This document shows positions 47,701 through 59,562 of a stretch of 64,000 nt of DNA, piece after piece. The position numbers and the translations under genes were made by a program. Under the pieces are notes generated by a model that was not told the DNA's origin, made no database searches, and saw nothing but the letters and a program-made list of their open reading frames with translations. Within the stretch, counting starts at the first letter, position 1, and the number at the start of each line of letters is the position of its first letter. Source of the DNA: Scyliorhinus canicula (taxonomy: Eukaryota); assembly GCF_902713615.1 (NCBI RefSeq), contig NW_024055499.1, positions 2,184,403 to 2,248,402 of the forward strand, given 5' to 3'.

Positions 47701-48005
47701 CCATCTGGCCCATCGAGTCTGCATCAACCCTCTGAAAGAGCACTCCACCCAAGTCAACTCACCCATTCTATCCCAATAACCAAACCTACACATAGGCACA
47801 AATGGGCAATTTAGAATGGCCAATCACCTAACCTGCACATCCTTGGACACTGAGGCAATTTGGCATGGTTGGTGGACCTCAAAAGAGTGGCCAATCCACC
47901 TAACCTGTACATCTGTGGACTGTGGGAAGAATCAGGATCACCGGGAGAAAACCCACGCTGACACGGGGAGAAGGTGCAAACTCCACACAGGCAGTCACCC
48001 AGAAC
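47695..48005 (-). mobile_element. Degenerate HE1-like SINE
   Basis: GGCCCATCGAGTCTGCA...CCAATCCACCTAACCTG.ACATCT.TGGACTGTGGGA. Confidence 0.7.
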
Positions 48006-48167
48006 TGAACCCTATACAGGATGAAATAAATGTCCTTCATCATCTTTTGTGGATCATTTCAGTGGGAAGGTGCTCTTAAGACTCAACATCAGCCCACTGG
48101 GAGCTACGTCGGGAGACCGGCCAGTCCAGCAGAAAGAAACCCTCCCACTTCACCAAATGTCAGAATG

Positions 48168-49149
48168 TCAACCCTGGATGTGATTAACAGGAGCAGTAAC
48201 AGCAGAATCCAGCCCTTGTAATTGCTTGTGAACTCGCTGATGTGTCTGCAGGTTGGCTGACTGTGTGAATCCCTTCCCACAAACAGAACAGATGAATGGT
48301 CTCTCCCCAGTGTGAACTCTCTGATGTGTCAGCAGGCTAGATGACTGAGTGAATCCCTTCCCACATTGAGAGCAGAGGAATGGCCTCTCCCCAGTGTGAA
48401 CACGCTGGTGTTTCAACAGGGTGGATGAATCTCGGAATCCCTTTCCACAGGCAGGGCAGGTGAATGGTCTCTCCCCGGTGTGAATTCGCTGGTGAGAGAG
48501 CAGGATGGAGGACTGAGTGAATCCCTTCCCACAGTCAGAACAAGTGAACGGCCTCTTCCCCATTGTGAACTCGCTGGTGTATCAGCAGCTTGGATAACTG
48601 AACAAATCCCTTCCCACATTCAGAGCAGGTGAACGGCCTCTCTCCAGTGTGAACCGGCTTGTGTGTCAGTAAGTGGGTTAACTGAGTGAATCCCTTCCCA
48701 CACTGAGAGCAGGTGAATGGCCTCTCCCCCGTGTGAACCCGCTGGTGTTTCTGTAGATTGGATGAATTAGTAAATCCTTTGTCACACTGGGAGCAGGTGA
48801 AAGGCTTCTCCCCAGTGTGAACTCTCTGGTGTGTCTGCAAATGGGATAACAGAGTGAACGCCTTCCCACATTCAGAGCAGGTGAATGGCCTCTCACCAGT
48901 GTGAACTCGCTGGTGTGACTGAAGGTTGGATGATCGACTGAACCCCTTCCCACAATCACAGCAGGTGTATGGCCTCACCCCGGTGTGAACTCGCTGGTGC
49001 ATTAACAGGTTGGATGAATCACTGAACCCCTTCCCACAGTCAGAGCAGGTGAACGGCCTCTCTCCAGTGTGACTGCGTCGATGGATCTCCACCTCAGACG
49101 GAGCTTTGAATCCCTTCCCACAGTCCCCACATTTCCACGGTTTCTCCAT
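48168..49149 (-). pseudogene. C2H2 zinc-finger gene ZNF-B (11 fingers) with a +1 frameshift after finger 7
   Basis: ORFs 48535-49149 (7 fingers) and 48168-48563 (4 fingers) overlap; the linker reads CAC AAT GGG GAA GAG GCCG, one extra A versus GGG GAG AGG CCG (~48556). Confidence 0.88.
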
Positions 49150-49714
49150 AGTGCGGGTGATCCTGTGTGGCTCCAGGTTCGATGATCAATTGAAGCCTCG
49201 TCCACACACAGAGCACGGGTGCAGTCTCTCCTCGCTGTGAATGGTGTGATGTTTTGTCAGGCTGTGTAACTGGTGAAAGATCTTTCCAGTCAGTTCACTG
49301 GAATTCTCTCACTTGGGTGTGTGTTGTGTCGGTCTCGGTGCCTTTCCAGTCACACTGATGTTTGAAATCTTTAGCTGACAGTCGGACAAACATTTCTCCT
49401 TCTAGATTCAAAGGGTGATGATATTCAGGTTCAAGGGAATAGAGTGACTGTCAGATTGAGACATGATGTTTGAGACTTCTGTCTGTAATTCCTCCTCATC
49501 TAATATCCTGTAAAAACAATTTACAAAAGTCATCACTGTCAGTACAGGACAGAAACTCAGAACAGACAATTCTAGTTCCTATGGAACATTCTTTCCTCTG
49601 TTATTCCCGAAAGCTGCAAATCTCCATCCCACACAGTCTCTCTCCATTCTCACTCTGCTGGATCCCTGTGGTGTGCCACTTTACACTGGCTTCCAGTCAC
49701 AAAAGCAGCCATCT

Positions 49715-50018
49715 GTCATCACAGCTCCAGGGTCCCAGGTTCAATTCCCGACATGGGTCACTGTCTGTGGAGTCTGCACATTTTCCCCGTGTCTGCATAG
49801 GTTCCCTCCGGGGCTCCGGTTTCCTCCCACAGTCCAAAGATGTGCAAGTTAGGTGGATTGTCCATGCTAAATTGTCCTTAGTGTCTAAAAAAGGTTAGGT
49901 GGGGTTACTGGATTATGGGGATGGGGGGAGGCGTGGGCTTAAGTAGGGTGCTCTTTCCAAGGGCCAGTGCAGACTCGATGGGCCGAATGTCCTCCTTCTG
50001 CACTGCAAATTCTATGAT
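49715..50018 (+). mobile_element. HE1-like SINE
   Basis: CACAGCTCCAGGGTCCCAGGTTCAATTCC...CTGCACTGCAAATTCTATGATTC. Confidence 0.88.
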
Positions 50019-50184
50019 TCCAAAGCTGTTGGAGGTTTTCTTTAAGAATATTACTACTGTCTCTGCGTGGGTTTCACCCCCACAACCCAAAAATGTGCAG
50101 GTTAAGCGGATTGGCCATGCTAAATTGCCCCTTATTTGGAACAAAACAAAATTGGATACTCTAAATTTATTAAAAAAAAAGAAT

Positions 50185-50790
50185 ATTATTACAGAACAGA
50201 TAAGGTGAATCAGTGGATATGGTGCATTTGGATCTTCAGAAGACTTTCGATTAAGTCCAACAGAGGAGGTTAGGAACATCTGAGTGGGGGGGGGGGGGGG
50301 GGTATACTGGCACGGATTGAAGATTCATAGAAAACATCGAGCAGGAATAAATGGATCATTTTCAGCTGGGCAGACTGTGGCCAGTGAGGTATTACAAGGA
50401 TCAGTATTCGGGCTCCAGCTGTTCACAATCTATATCAATGATTTGGGTGCGGGGACCAAATGCAATATTTCCATGATTGCTGATGACTCAAAACTCGGTG
50501 AGAATGTGCGTTGCGAGGAGGATGCAAAGAGGATTCATGAGGATTTAGACAGGCTAATGAATGGGCAAGAACATGGCAGATGGATTATAATGTGGACAAA
50601 ATATGAAGTTATCCTCTTTGGTTCGAGGAAGGTGATGTAGAATATTTCTTAAATGGTGAGAGATTGGGACGAGCCGACATCCAGAGGGATCTGGGTGTCC
50701 TTGTTCATGAGTCATCAAAAGCAGGTGCAGCAAATGATCAGGAAGGCAAATGGTATGTTGAACATTATTGAAAGAGGATCTGAGTATATG
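50185..50790 (+). mobile_element. CR1 LINE RT fragment
   Basis: GINGSFS..Q.V.SEVLQGSVFG.QLFTIYINDL...KCNIS.IADDSKLG. Confidence 0.8.
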
Positions 50791-51699
50791 TTGAAATTTA
50801 TTATCAGGTTAGCAAGACTTTATTAAAACCAAAATGTTCAGCATGTAAAAGCCTGGGGCTTCTGACCTGGTCTAGCTTTGAGCAGAGGAACCAGATGAGA
50901 ACAATGTGCTGATTACACTCACAGCTCTTTCTAATGTGTCCTCCTTTGAGTATCCAGTAATCTCACGGTCTCAGTATGCAGTCACTTATGTAATAGAAAT
51001 AATCTTTAAATGCCCATTGTTTCCTACTTTCCTACTGTTTAATGGAGTCTGGATACAGCGACTTCTGTAAAAACACAATGTATATTGAACCTGTTGGGGA
51101 GAAACAATCTGTTATAATTTGAAATGAAGTCCAGGATTTCTGAAAAGCTGTGGCTCCATTATCAGCAAAGCTCTTTTCATCCATGAAGCAGATAAATTAC
51201 TGAGTGAATCTCCTCCCACACACAACCACGAAACCTAGAAGGACAAGGGCAGCAGATGTATGGAACATCACTTCCTGGAAGTTCCCCTCCAAGCCACGCC
51301 ATTGGGACTTGGAAACATATCATTGTTCCTTTACTGTTGCTGCATCAACATCCTACCTAACAACACTGTGGGTAGACCAACACCACATGGACTGAAGAGG
51401 TTCAAGAAGGTGACTGTGAGAGGAAACCAGAGCACTGGGAGGAAGCCCATGCAGACACGGGGAGAAAGTGCAAACTCCACAGTCAACCAAGTCTTGGAAT
51501 CAAACCCAGGTCGCTAGCAGTGCTACCATGCTAATCACTATCTACCATCCCGCCTGGGTTCCTATTGTTACTGATTTCCGCCCCAATTGCTAAATCAAAG
51601 CACAATAAATTCACAATTCCCTGGTTAGTTGGTAGCTGCCATGGCGAGGACTTTACCCGACACCCCCCCCCCCCCCCCCCGGCGGTGGTGGTGGTGAAT

Positions 51700-52110
51700 G
51701 TCCTCTCTCCAGAGCACAGGAGAGCAGTGCGCAGGCGCAGCAACGCCCTGCACAGGATCATGCGCAGTGATAGGGATGGGAAGCCTAGTGTTTATCGGAT
51801 CTCCAAACCGGTGAGGATGCGGAAACGCGGAGGGGGCGATGAAGCCGGCGGGTGGACGGGGAGGGTTTCTAAACACCTGGTGAAGGCATCAAGCCCCGAA
51901 TCCGAAGCTGCGGGTCCCACATTTGCAGCTCCGGGTCTTTTCCCCGGAGACTGACCCAGACTAACGGCCGCCATCTTATTTCAATGGAGAGACTGCGCAT
52001 GCGTTCGTGTTTTGGCGAATTCGAAAGATGGTGGGCGGGGCTTCAGCGCCTCTGTTTCCAACCGGGTCCTAGTGTTCGGGAGGAGCATTAGGCTGCAGGC
52101 GCTGCTTCCA
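51700..52110. promoter_or_regulatory. CpG-rich putative bidirectional promoter between ZNF-B (-) and ZNF-C/D (+)
   Basis: CCGCCATCTT at 51968-51977 (YY1-like), TGCGCATGCG at 51994-52003 (NRF1-like), AAGATGG at 52025, GC box at 52033-52040. Confidence 0.55.
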
Positions 52111-52429
52111 ACCCGGAGAATTCCATGGGCCATGTCTTAATTCAGTGTGGGAGGTTGCAGTCCCGATAGTTAGTTATCTGCAGCAGCTACTTCTCAAGTT
52201 TTAGTTACACTTCAGTCCCCTGCTCCTAATCTTTGGCTGCCCGGTGTGGAGGGACTGGGTAAGTCAGAGGATCTTGTCCTGGACTTGCTCTTGGGCCTGG
52301 TTAAAACAGCAATTTATAGAATTTGGATGATCAGGTCCCATTTGGTGGTGGGAATTACTCTGGTTGAATATAAGAAATAGGAGTCAACAACTTCACCACT
52401 ACCACTGCGCCACTACCTCCTGTGGGGTG

Positions 52430-52745
52430 GCAGTGACGGTGTGGTATTGTCACTGGACTACTAAACCAGAAATCCAGGGTAATGTTCTGTTACCCGGGTT
52501 CGAATCCTGACACTGCAGATGGTAAAATTTTAATTAAATAAAAATCTGGAATTAAAAGTCTAATGATGACCATGAAACCATTGTCGATTGTCGTTAAAAC
52601 TCAACTGATTCACCAATGACCTTTAGGGAAGGAAATCTTCTGTCCTCACCTGGTCTGACCTACATGTGACTCCAGACCCACAGCAAAGTGGATGACTCTT
52701 AACTGCCTCCTCCAGGGCAATTAGAGATGTTCAATAAATAGGAAC
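52430..52745 (+). mobile_element. tRNA-derived SINE (same family as 4005-4690)
   Basis: GGTGTGGTATTGTCACTGGACTA...GGGTTCGAATCC (B box)...CCTACATGTGACTCCAGACCCACAGCAA. Confidence 0.75.
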
Positions 52746-53125
52746 CTTTTTTAAAAAATCAGTCTATCAAGCCTGCTCCACCATTGAATAAGGTCACTTT
52801 ACTGCCGACCCCCATAAGAGGCCTCTCTTCCATGGGCCTGCATGTGTCTGGGTGGCTCTGGGAAACAGTTGACACCTTCCACAATCAGTGGGTACCTCAG
52901 AGTACAGAGTGTTTCATAGACATTGGTAAAGACATTCTGGTTTAGTCAGGAAGATTCTCTTTTGCTCTTGTTGGGATTTTGTTTCTGATTTTGATTTATT
53001 TTATTTTGATTGAACAACACGTTTAAGAAAACAAGAAAAGAAAGAATGTTGCATAGAAACTAGAATTGCCTATTCTAAATTTCTGTCCTGCACTGACAGC
53101 AATGACTTTTGTAAACTGTTTATAG

Positions 53126-53553
53126 GATATTAGAAGATGATTTGTGGATGGGAAACTCAAACCAAGCATCACATTAAGATCTGATCATCACTTAATTCAC
53201 TCGGAGCTGAATATCATCAAGCTTTGAATGTCAAAGCAGAAATATTTATCAGTTTTGGCTGCAGGAAATAATTTCAAACATCAGTGAGACTGGAAAAGCA
53301 CCGAGACACACACACCCGAGTGAGGGAAGGGATTCATTTCATCATCCCACCTGGTGAGACACCAACGGATGTTGATGAGACAAGGGAGAAGATATTCACC
53401 TGCTCTGTGTCTGGGAAGGGCTTTACTCAGTCTTCCAACGTGCTGAGACACCAGCAAGTTCACACTGGGGAGAGGCCGTTCACCTGCTCTGTGTGTGGGA
53501 AGAGATTCGCTCAATCATCTCACTTGCTGACACACCAACGAGTTCACAAATGA
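53126..53553 (+). pseudogene. Truncated C2H2 ZNF paralogue ZNF-C (2 fingers, the first has Cys>Ser)
   Basis: Family acceptor at 53124-53125; ORF 53284-53553 CSVSGKGF.../CSVCGKRF...HK*; internally deleted relative to ZNF-A and ZNF-D. Confidence 0.75.
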
Positions 53554-54694
53554 CTGCGGAGGTCAGATTCTGCTGTTAATCACATAATTCGTTTGTTTAT
53601 GTTGCTGTTAGTAACTCCTGTAACTGAGACACAGTTAATTATCTGGATATCTGTTTAAAAAATCGGTGATGATGAAAGTAGACAGCGCCGTTGGAAGCAG
53701 ATAAGGGTTAGGAGCAGGATCAGTCCAGACAACCTGTCTCACCTACACTGTTATTCAATACAATCATGGCTGATTCAGCCTCAATTCCTCCCTCCTGCCT
53801 GTTCACCAGAACCCTTAATTCTCTGAGAGACCAAAATTCAGTCTATTTCAGTCTTAAATATGCTCGACAATGGAAACAGAAAATTTAAATTCATAGGACC
53901 AAAGGAGGCCAGGTGGCCCATCTCTCTGTCTCTCCTCTCTCGCTCGCTCCCTCCCTCCCTCTCTGCCTGGAACAGTCCCTTGTTAACACTCAACATCCTG
54001 CTTCAGCCACTGGAGGATGGTTCACATCAGAGGATGGGGGAGGGGGGATAATAAATAAGAGCTGACACTTTGCACTGAAATTAATGAGGACTCTGAGCTC
54101 TGGGAAACTATTAACAAATGTCTCCTTGTGAAACATCAGCTCAGGATTACACTGGGCAGGAAGAGAGCCAGAAACTACAACAGGACAAGACACTGAGTTT
54201 CACAGAGAGAGAGAGAGGGAATAGAGAGAGAGAAAGATGAGGATCTGCAGTGGAATAAGTGAAAAAAATGTTCCATAGGAACTAGAATTGTCTGTTATGC
54301 ATTTCTATCCTCCACTTACAGTGATGACTTTGGTAATCTCCTTTTACAGAGCATGGGAAGGTGAGGATTTGCAGATGTTTAAAGCAGTGAAACAAAACAT
54401 CATGTCAAGATCTGACAGTCATTTGATTCACCAGGACTTGAATATCATCAGCCTTTGAATGTGGAAGGAGAAATGTTTGTCTATTCTGTCTGTGGGAACA
54501 GAGTTCAAATGTAAGTATGACTGGAAAAGCACCGAGTCCCACACAACACACACCCGAGTGAGAGTGTTCCAGTGAACTGACTGTGGAAAGAGCCTCCACC
54601 AGTTACACAACCAGAAACCTCACAGTAACATTCAGATTGGGGAAGAAACTGTACATGTGTCCTGTTTGGACGAGGCTTCAACTGATCGTCCAAC

Positions 54695-55660
54695 ATGGAG
54701 AGTCACAAGGACACCGGCACCATGGAGAAACCGTGGAAATGTGGGGACTGTGGGAAGAGATTCAATTATCCATCCCTGCTGGAAACTCATCAACTCAGTC
54801 ACACCCGGGCCAGCATCACACAGAGACTATTGAAATGTGGAGACTGTGGTAAAGTTATCAGATCCCCATCAGAGCTGGAAATTCACCAACGCAGTCACAC
54901 CGGCGAGAGACCATTCAACTGCTCTAAATGTGGGAAGGGATTCACTCAGTTATCCACCCTGACTAGACACCAGCGAGTTCACACTGGGAAGAGGCCATTC
55001 ACCTGCTCAGAGTGTGGAAAGGGATTCACTCAGTCATCCCACCTCACTGAACACCAGCGAGTTCACACTGAGGAGAGGCCGTTTACCTGCTCTGAGTGTG
55101 GGAAGGGATTCATTAATTTAACTAACCTTACTTCTCATCAACTTGTTCACACTGATAAGAGACTTTTTAAATGTTCTGACTGTGATAAGAGCTTCAAAAG
55201 CACAAGGGATCTAAAGAGACACCAACACATCCACTCTAGTCAGAGCCCATTCGCCTGTTCCGTGTGTGGGAAGGGATTCCCTCGGTCATTCAGCCTCCTG
55301 AGACACCAGCGAGTTCATACCAGGGAGAGACCGTTCCCTTGCACTAAGTGTAAAATGAAATTCACTCGGTTATGCGTCCTGCAGAGACATCAGAAAGTTC
55401 ACACTGTGGAGAGTCCATTCACCTGCTCCGAGTGTGGAAAGGGATTCATTCAGTCATCTGCCCTGCTGAGACACCACCGAGTTCACACTGGGGAGAGGTC
55501 ATTCATCTGCTCCCAGTGTGGGAAGGGATTCATTGAGTCATCCCACCTGGTGAAACACTGGCGAATTCACACTGGGGAGAGGCCGTTCACCTGCTCCAAG
55601 TGTGGGAAGGGATTTGCTCAGTCCTACCACCTACTGAAACACCAGCAAGTTCATGAGTGA
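54695..55660 (+). CDS. C2H2 zinc-finger protein ZNF-D (11 fingers, no KRAB domain seen); family start MEKPWK at 54722
   Basis: 321-aa open ORF with 11 CxxC..HxxxH units. Confidence 0.88.
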   Translation: MESHKDTGTMEKPWKCGDCGKRFNYPSLLETHQLSHTRASITQRLLKCGDCGKVIRSPSELEIHQRSHTGERPFNCSKCGKGFTQLSTLTRHQRVHTGKRPFTCSECGKGFTQSSHLTEHQRVHTEERPFTCSECGKGFINLTNLTSHQLVHTDKRLFKCSDCDKSFKSTRDLKRHQHIHSSQSPFACSVCGKGFPRSFSLLRHQRVHTRERPFPCTKCKMKFTRLCVLQRHQKVHTVESPFTCSECGKGFIQSSALLRHHRVHTGERSFICSQCGKGFIESSHLVKHWRIHTGERPFTCSKCGKGFAQSYHLLKHQQVHE

Positions 55661-56212
55661 CTGCAGGGTTGGATTCTGCTCTTATTGCTTCTGTTAATCA
55701 CATCCAGGACTGAACTATGTCCATTCTGACAGGGCGTGTTTTCCCTTCCATTAATAATGCCTGTGACTGGACTGGAGTTTAATATTTTGATATGCGTTAA
55801 GTATAACAGTGTTTTCTAAATACAGTGTGTTAGGTATTTGTTTTCCCCAAGAGGAGACTAATTGCTGTCCTTGTTGTGATATCAAGTTCAGGAGATTTTT
55901 TTGTGAGGAAGTAACCAGGATGTAAAGCAGCTTGTGATCAGCAGCTAGTATTGGGTAGGAATTGCAGGTAAATCCCCAGGGTCTGAGAATCTGGATCCCA
56001 GAGTGCTTAAGGAAGTGGCTCTGGAAATAGTGGATGCATTGATGGTTATCTTCTGGGATTTTGTAGACTCTGGAACAGTCCCTGCAGTTTGGAGGATATC
56101 TCACGTCACTCCAATATTCAAAAAGGGAGGTAGAGAGAAAGCAGGAAATTATAGACCAGTAAGCCTAACATCGGTAGGGGGGAAAATGCTTGAATTCATT
56201 ATCAAAGATAGG

Positions 56213-56385
56213 TGCTGGTTTAGCACACAGGGCTAAATCGCTGGCTTTGAAAGCAGACCAGGGCACGGTTCGATTCCCGTACCAGCCTTCCCGAACAGGC
56301 ACCGGAATGTGGCGACTAGGGGCTTTTCACAGTACCTTCATTTGAAGCCTACTTGTGACAATAAACGATTTTCATTTTTTTTTCA
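56213..56385 (+). mobile_element. Short tRNA-derived SINE
   Basis: GCTGGTTTAGCACAC..GGCTAAATCGCTGGCTTT...GTGACAATAAACGATTTTCATTT. Confidence 0.85.
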
Positions 56386-56725
56386 TAGAATTTACAGTGC
56401 AGAAGGAGGCCATTTGGCCCATCAAGTCTGCACCGGCTCTTGGAAAGAGCACCCTACCCAAGCCTATACCTCCACCCCATCCCCATAACCCAGTAACCCC
56501 ACCTAACACTAAGGGCAATTTGGACTCTGAGGGCAATTTAGCCTGGCCAATTCACCTAACCTGCACATCTTTGGACTGTGGGAGGAAACCGGAGCACCCG
56601 GAGGAAACCCACGCGCACACGGGGAGAACGTGCAGACTCCACACAGACAGTGACCCAAGCCGGGATTCGAACCTGGGACCCTAGAGCTGTGAAGCATTTG
56701 TGCTAACCACTATGCTACCATGCTA
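56386..56725 (-). mobile_element. HE1-like SINE inserted in the tail of the preceding SINE
   Basis: Full HE1 body; the host tail (TTTCATTTCA) resumes at ~56730. Confidence 0.88.
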
Positions 56726-58639
56726 CGTTATTTCATTTCAAGGACTTTATGGCGAAACATTTAGGAAGCACTAGCAGGATCAGTCAGAGTCAGCATAGAT
56801 TTATGAAGGGAAAATCATGCTTGACAAATCTGTTGGAATTCTTTGAAGATGTAACCAGTACAGTGAGTCAGTCGATGTGGTACATTTGGACTTTCAGAAG
56901 GCGTTTGACAAAGTCTCGCTTAAGAGATTATTGTGCAAAATTAAAGCGCATGTGATTGGGGGAAATGTATTGAGGTGGATAGAAAACTGGCTAGCAGAGA
57001 GGAAACGAAGAGTAGGAATTAATGGGTCCTTTTCAAATTGGAAGGCAGTAACTAGTGGGATCCCTAAGGGATCGGTGCTGGGACCCCAGCTATTCACAAT
57101 ATATATTCATGATTTGGATGAGGGAACAAAATGTAACATCTTAAAGTCTGCAGATGATACCAAGTTGGGTGGGAGGGTGAACTGGGACAAGCATACAGGG
57201 ATTCTATAGCAAGATCTGGACAGGTTGGGCAAGTGGGCAAATCAATGGCAGAGCTATATAATTTGGATAAGTGAGAGGTTATTCGCTTTGGAAACAAAAA
57301 CAGGAAGGCAGATTACTACCTGAATGGTTGTAAATTGGGAGAGGGGAGTGTGCACTGAGACCTGGGTGTCCTTGTGCACCAGTCGCTGAAGGTAAGCATG
57401 CAGGTGCAGCAGGCGGTAAACAAGACTAATGGTATGTTGGCCTTCATTGCGAGAGGTTTCGAGTACAGAAGCAGGGATGTGTTGCTGCAATTATACAGGG
57501 CCTTGCTGAGGCCACACCTGGAGTATTGTGAGCAGTTTTGGTCTCCTTCTCTGAGGAAGGATGTTCTTGCTCTCGAGGGAGTGCAGCAAAAGGTTACCAG
57601 ACTGATTCCAGGGATGGCGGGACTGTCATATGAGCAGAGATTGACTCGGTTGGGATTGTTCTCGCTGGCGTTCAGACGAATGAGGGGGCATCTCATAAAA
57701 TTCGAACAGGACTAGTCAGGGTAGATGCAGGGAAGATGTAACCAATGATGGGTATGTCCAGAACCAGGGGTCACAGTCTGAGAATTCAGGATGAACCATT
57801 TCGGACAGAGATGTGGAGACATTTCTTCACCCAAAGAGTGGTGAGCCTGTGGAATCCATTACCACAGGAAGTAGTTGATGGTAAAACATTGAATATATTC
57901 AAGAGACGGCTGGATATTGCACTTGGGGTGAATGTAATCAAAGGCTATGGGGAGAAAGCAGGATTAGGCTATTGAGTTGGATGATCAGCCATGATGGTGA
58001 TGAATGGTGGAGCAAGCTCAAAGGGCCAAAAGGCCTCATCCTGCTCCTATCTTCTATGTATCTATGTACTGTCTGTAAATAATGGTTGCTGAATCCCAAG
58101 TGTAGATCTGTCTACTGAGCCATCTTGTCATGTATCTTCAATTAAACCAAAGCTATGACTAGTTCAGCAATCCTGTGTGACATTGGTTAATTGGTGCAAA
58201 GACACATCAACACAACATGGTGACAGCAGTGGATTTGCGAACCACAGGAGCCGCCATGGAAAAGATTTAATGCAAATCGGAAGCTGTATGTGTATGGAAG
58301 CCACAGAAGGAAGAGTCCCTCCACAAACAGTGATTTGCAGAACAGTGAATATCTGATGTGTGGGATTACTGGGTTGAGGGTGAAAGTAAAGCCACAAGTG
58401 AGTTCAGGGTCGTGCTGTGCAATCGGTTTTGAATCTGGCATTAAAAGCTGCAGGGCCATTGAAACATCCTTGGGGCCATTCCTGTGCAAAAGACAACAGT
58501 ACGTGAGGAACTGCTGCCAAAAGAAGAAAGGAAAAACAAAACCAACAGCTGAAATGTGAATCTCCCCACAGAGCAGAGAGGTTACATATCCCTTTCATAT
58601 CAAGGTTGTCCGTAAAACACCGGGAACATCAGGAAGGTG

Positions 58640-58970
58640 ACCACCAAATCCCCTAGCAAGAATTGGAAAGCCACAGATATCCAATCTACATTTAGGCTTT
58701 TCAAACAAAGGATGGAATTACACTTCTGATTTAGCCATCACTTAACTGGATGAACGTGCAGTGAAAATGAAGATAGGTCATGAATTCAAAGGGCTGTATC
58801 GAGTCAACACTTGGGGTCTGTCTGAGGAGTATCAGAACAAGCCTGTTAAACTATGGAACATGTTGAAAGAGCAGCTTCATATAAAGGTGAACTTTAGAAT
58901 ACACTGAATGGAGCTGATCACTTACAGGCAACGGCCAAATAGTCAATCAGTTCGTCAGTAGGCACCGTGA
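58640..58970 (+). mobile_element. Degenerate Gypsy-like gag fragment
   Basis: WKATDIQSTFRLFKQRMELHF and DERAVKMKIG...GL.RVNTWGLSEE.Q..P.KLW.ML..QL.IKVNFRIH resemble vertebrate Gypsy gag (recognised from memory, not searched). Confidence 0.45.
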
Positions 58971-59199
58971 TAGGAGAAATGAATATGATTTTTTCAGAAG
59001 CTGAGCTATCTGAACAGAGTTATTTTGTATTATCTATTTGACGTTTCAATGGTGCATTCATTACCCATGATTCACCGCGGTTGTGAATGTGCCCTATTCA
59101 CTGCACAGGGGCCCAGTGCGCCGACGCAGCTCTGGGCTTTATCGGGAGCATGCGCGGTTTCATATTGCTCGGAGACCTTCGAGTGCGGTAATGGATTGT

Positions 59200-59540
59200 T
59201 CCGTGGGTGAGAGTCGGTGGGGCGGAAGGAGGAATTAAGCGGGAGTCGGGATGCGGAGGGTGCAGAAACTTTATAAACAGCCGGTGTATGCCCTAGGACC
59301 GGCATAAGACCCTGAAGTTCCCGCGTTTGCAGCTGTGGAGCTTTTCCCTGGGATCAGGCCCAATTCCAAGGCCGCCATCTTAGTTCAGAGGTGAGCAGAG
59401 CGCATGCGCGGCCATCTTTGTGACGCAACGGTAAGTAGGTCAGTGTTCAGGTGACCAGGAGAGAAAATGTTGGATTCCTGAATTGACAGGGGGCCGGGTT
59501 GACCGACACCTCGACATCGCAGAGCGCATGTGCGGCCATC
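59200..59540. promoter_or_regulatory. CpG-rich promoter module homologous to 51850-52000
   Basis: TTTGCAGCT...CTTTTCCC..GGA...GGCCGCCATCTTA is shared with 51920-51980; GCGCATGCGC at 59400-59409, GCGCATGTGC at 59524-59533, donor GTAAGT at 59431. Confidence 0.55.
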
Positions 59541-59562
59541 CGAATCACAGAAGAATAAGATT

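Larger units (their letters stand above)
55975..58065 (+). mobile_element. CR1 LINE (RT to 3' tail) interrupted by two nested SINEs at 56213-56725
   Basis: [72 protein letters not shown]; tail CTATCTTCTATGT. Confidence 0.9.

Noticed and set aside
39972-55660. KRAB or other effector domain for the ZNF genes
   Set aside because: No KRAB-, SCAN- or BTB-like coding exon was seen; the candidate upstream exons have stops.
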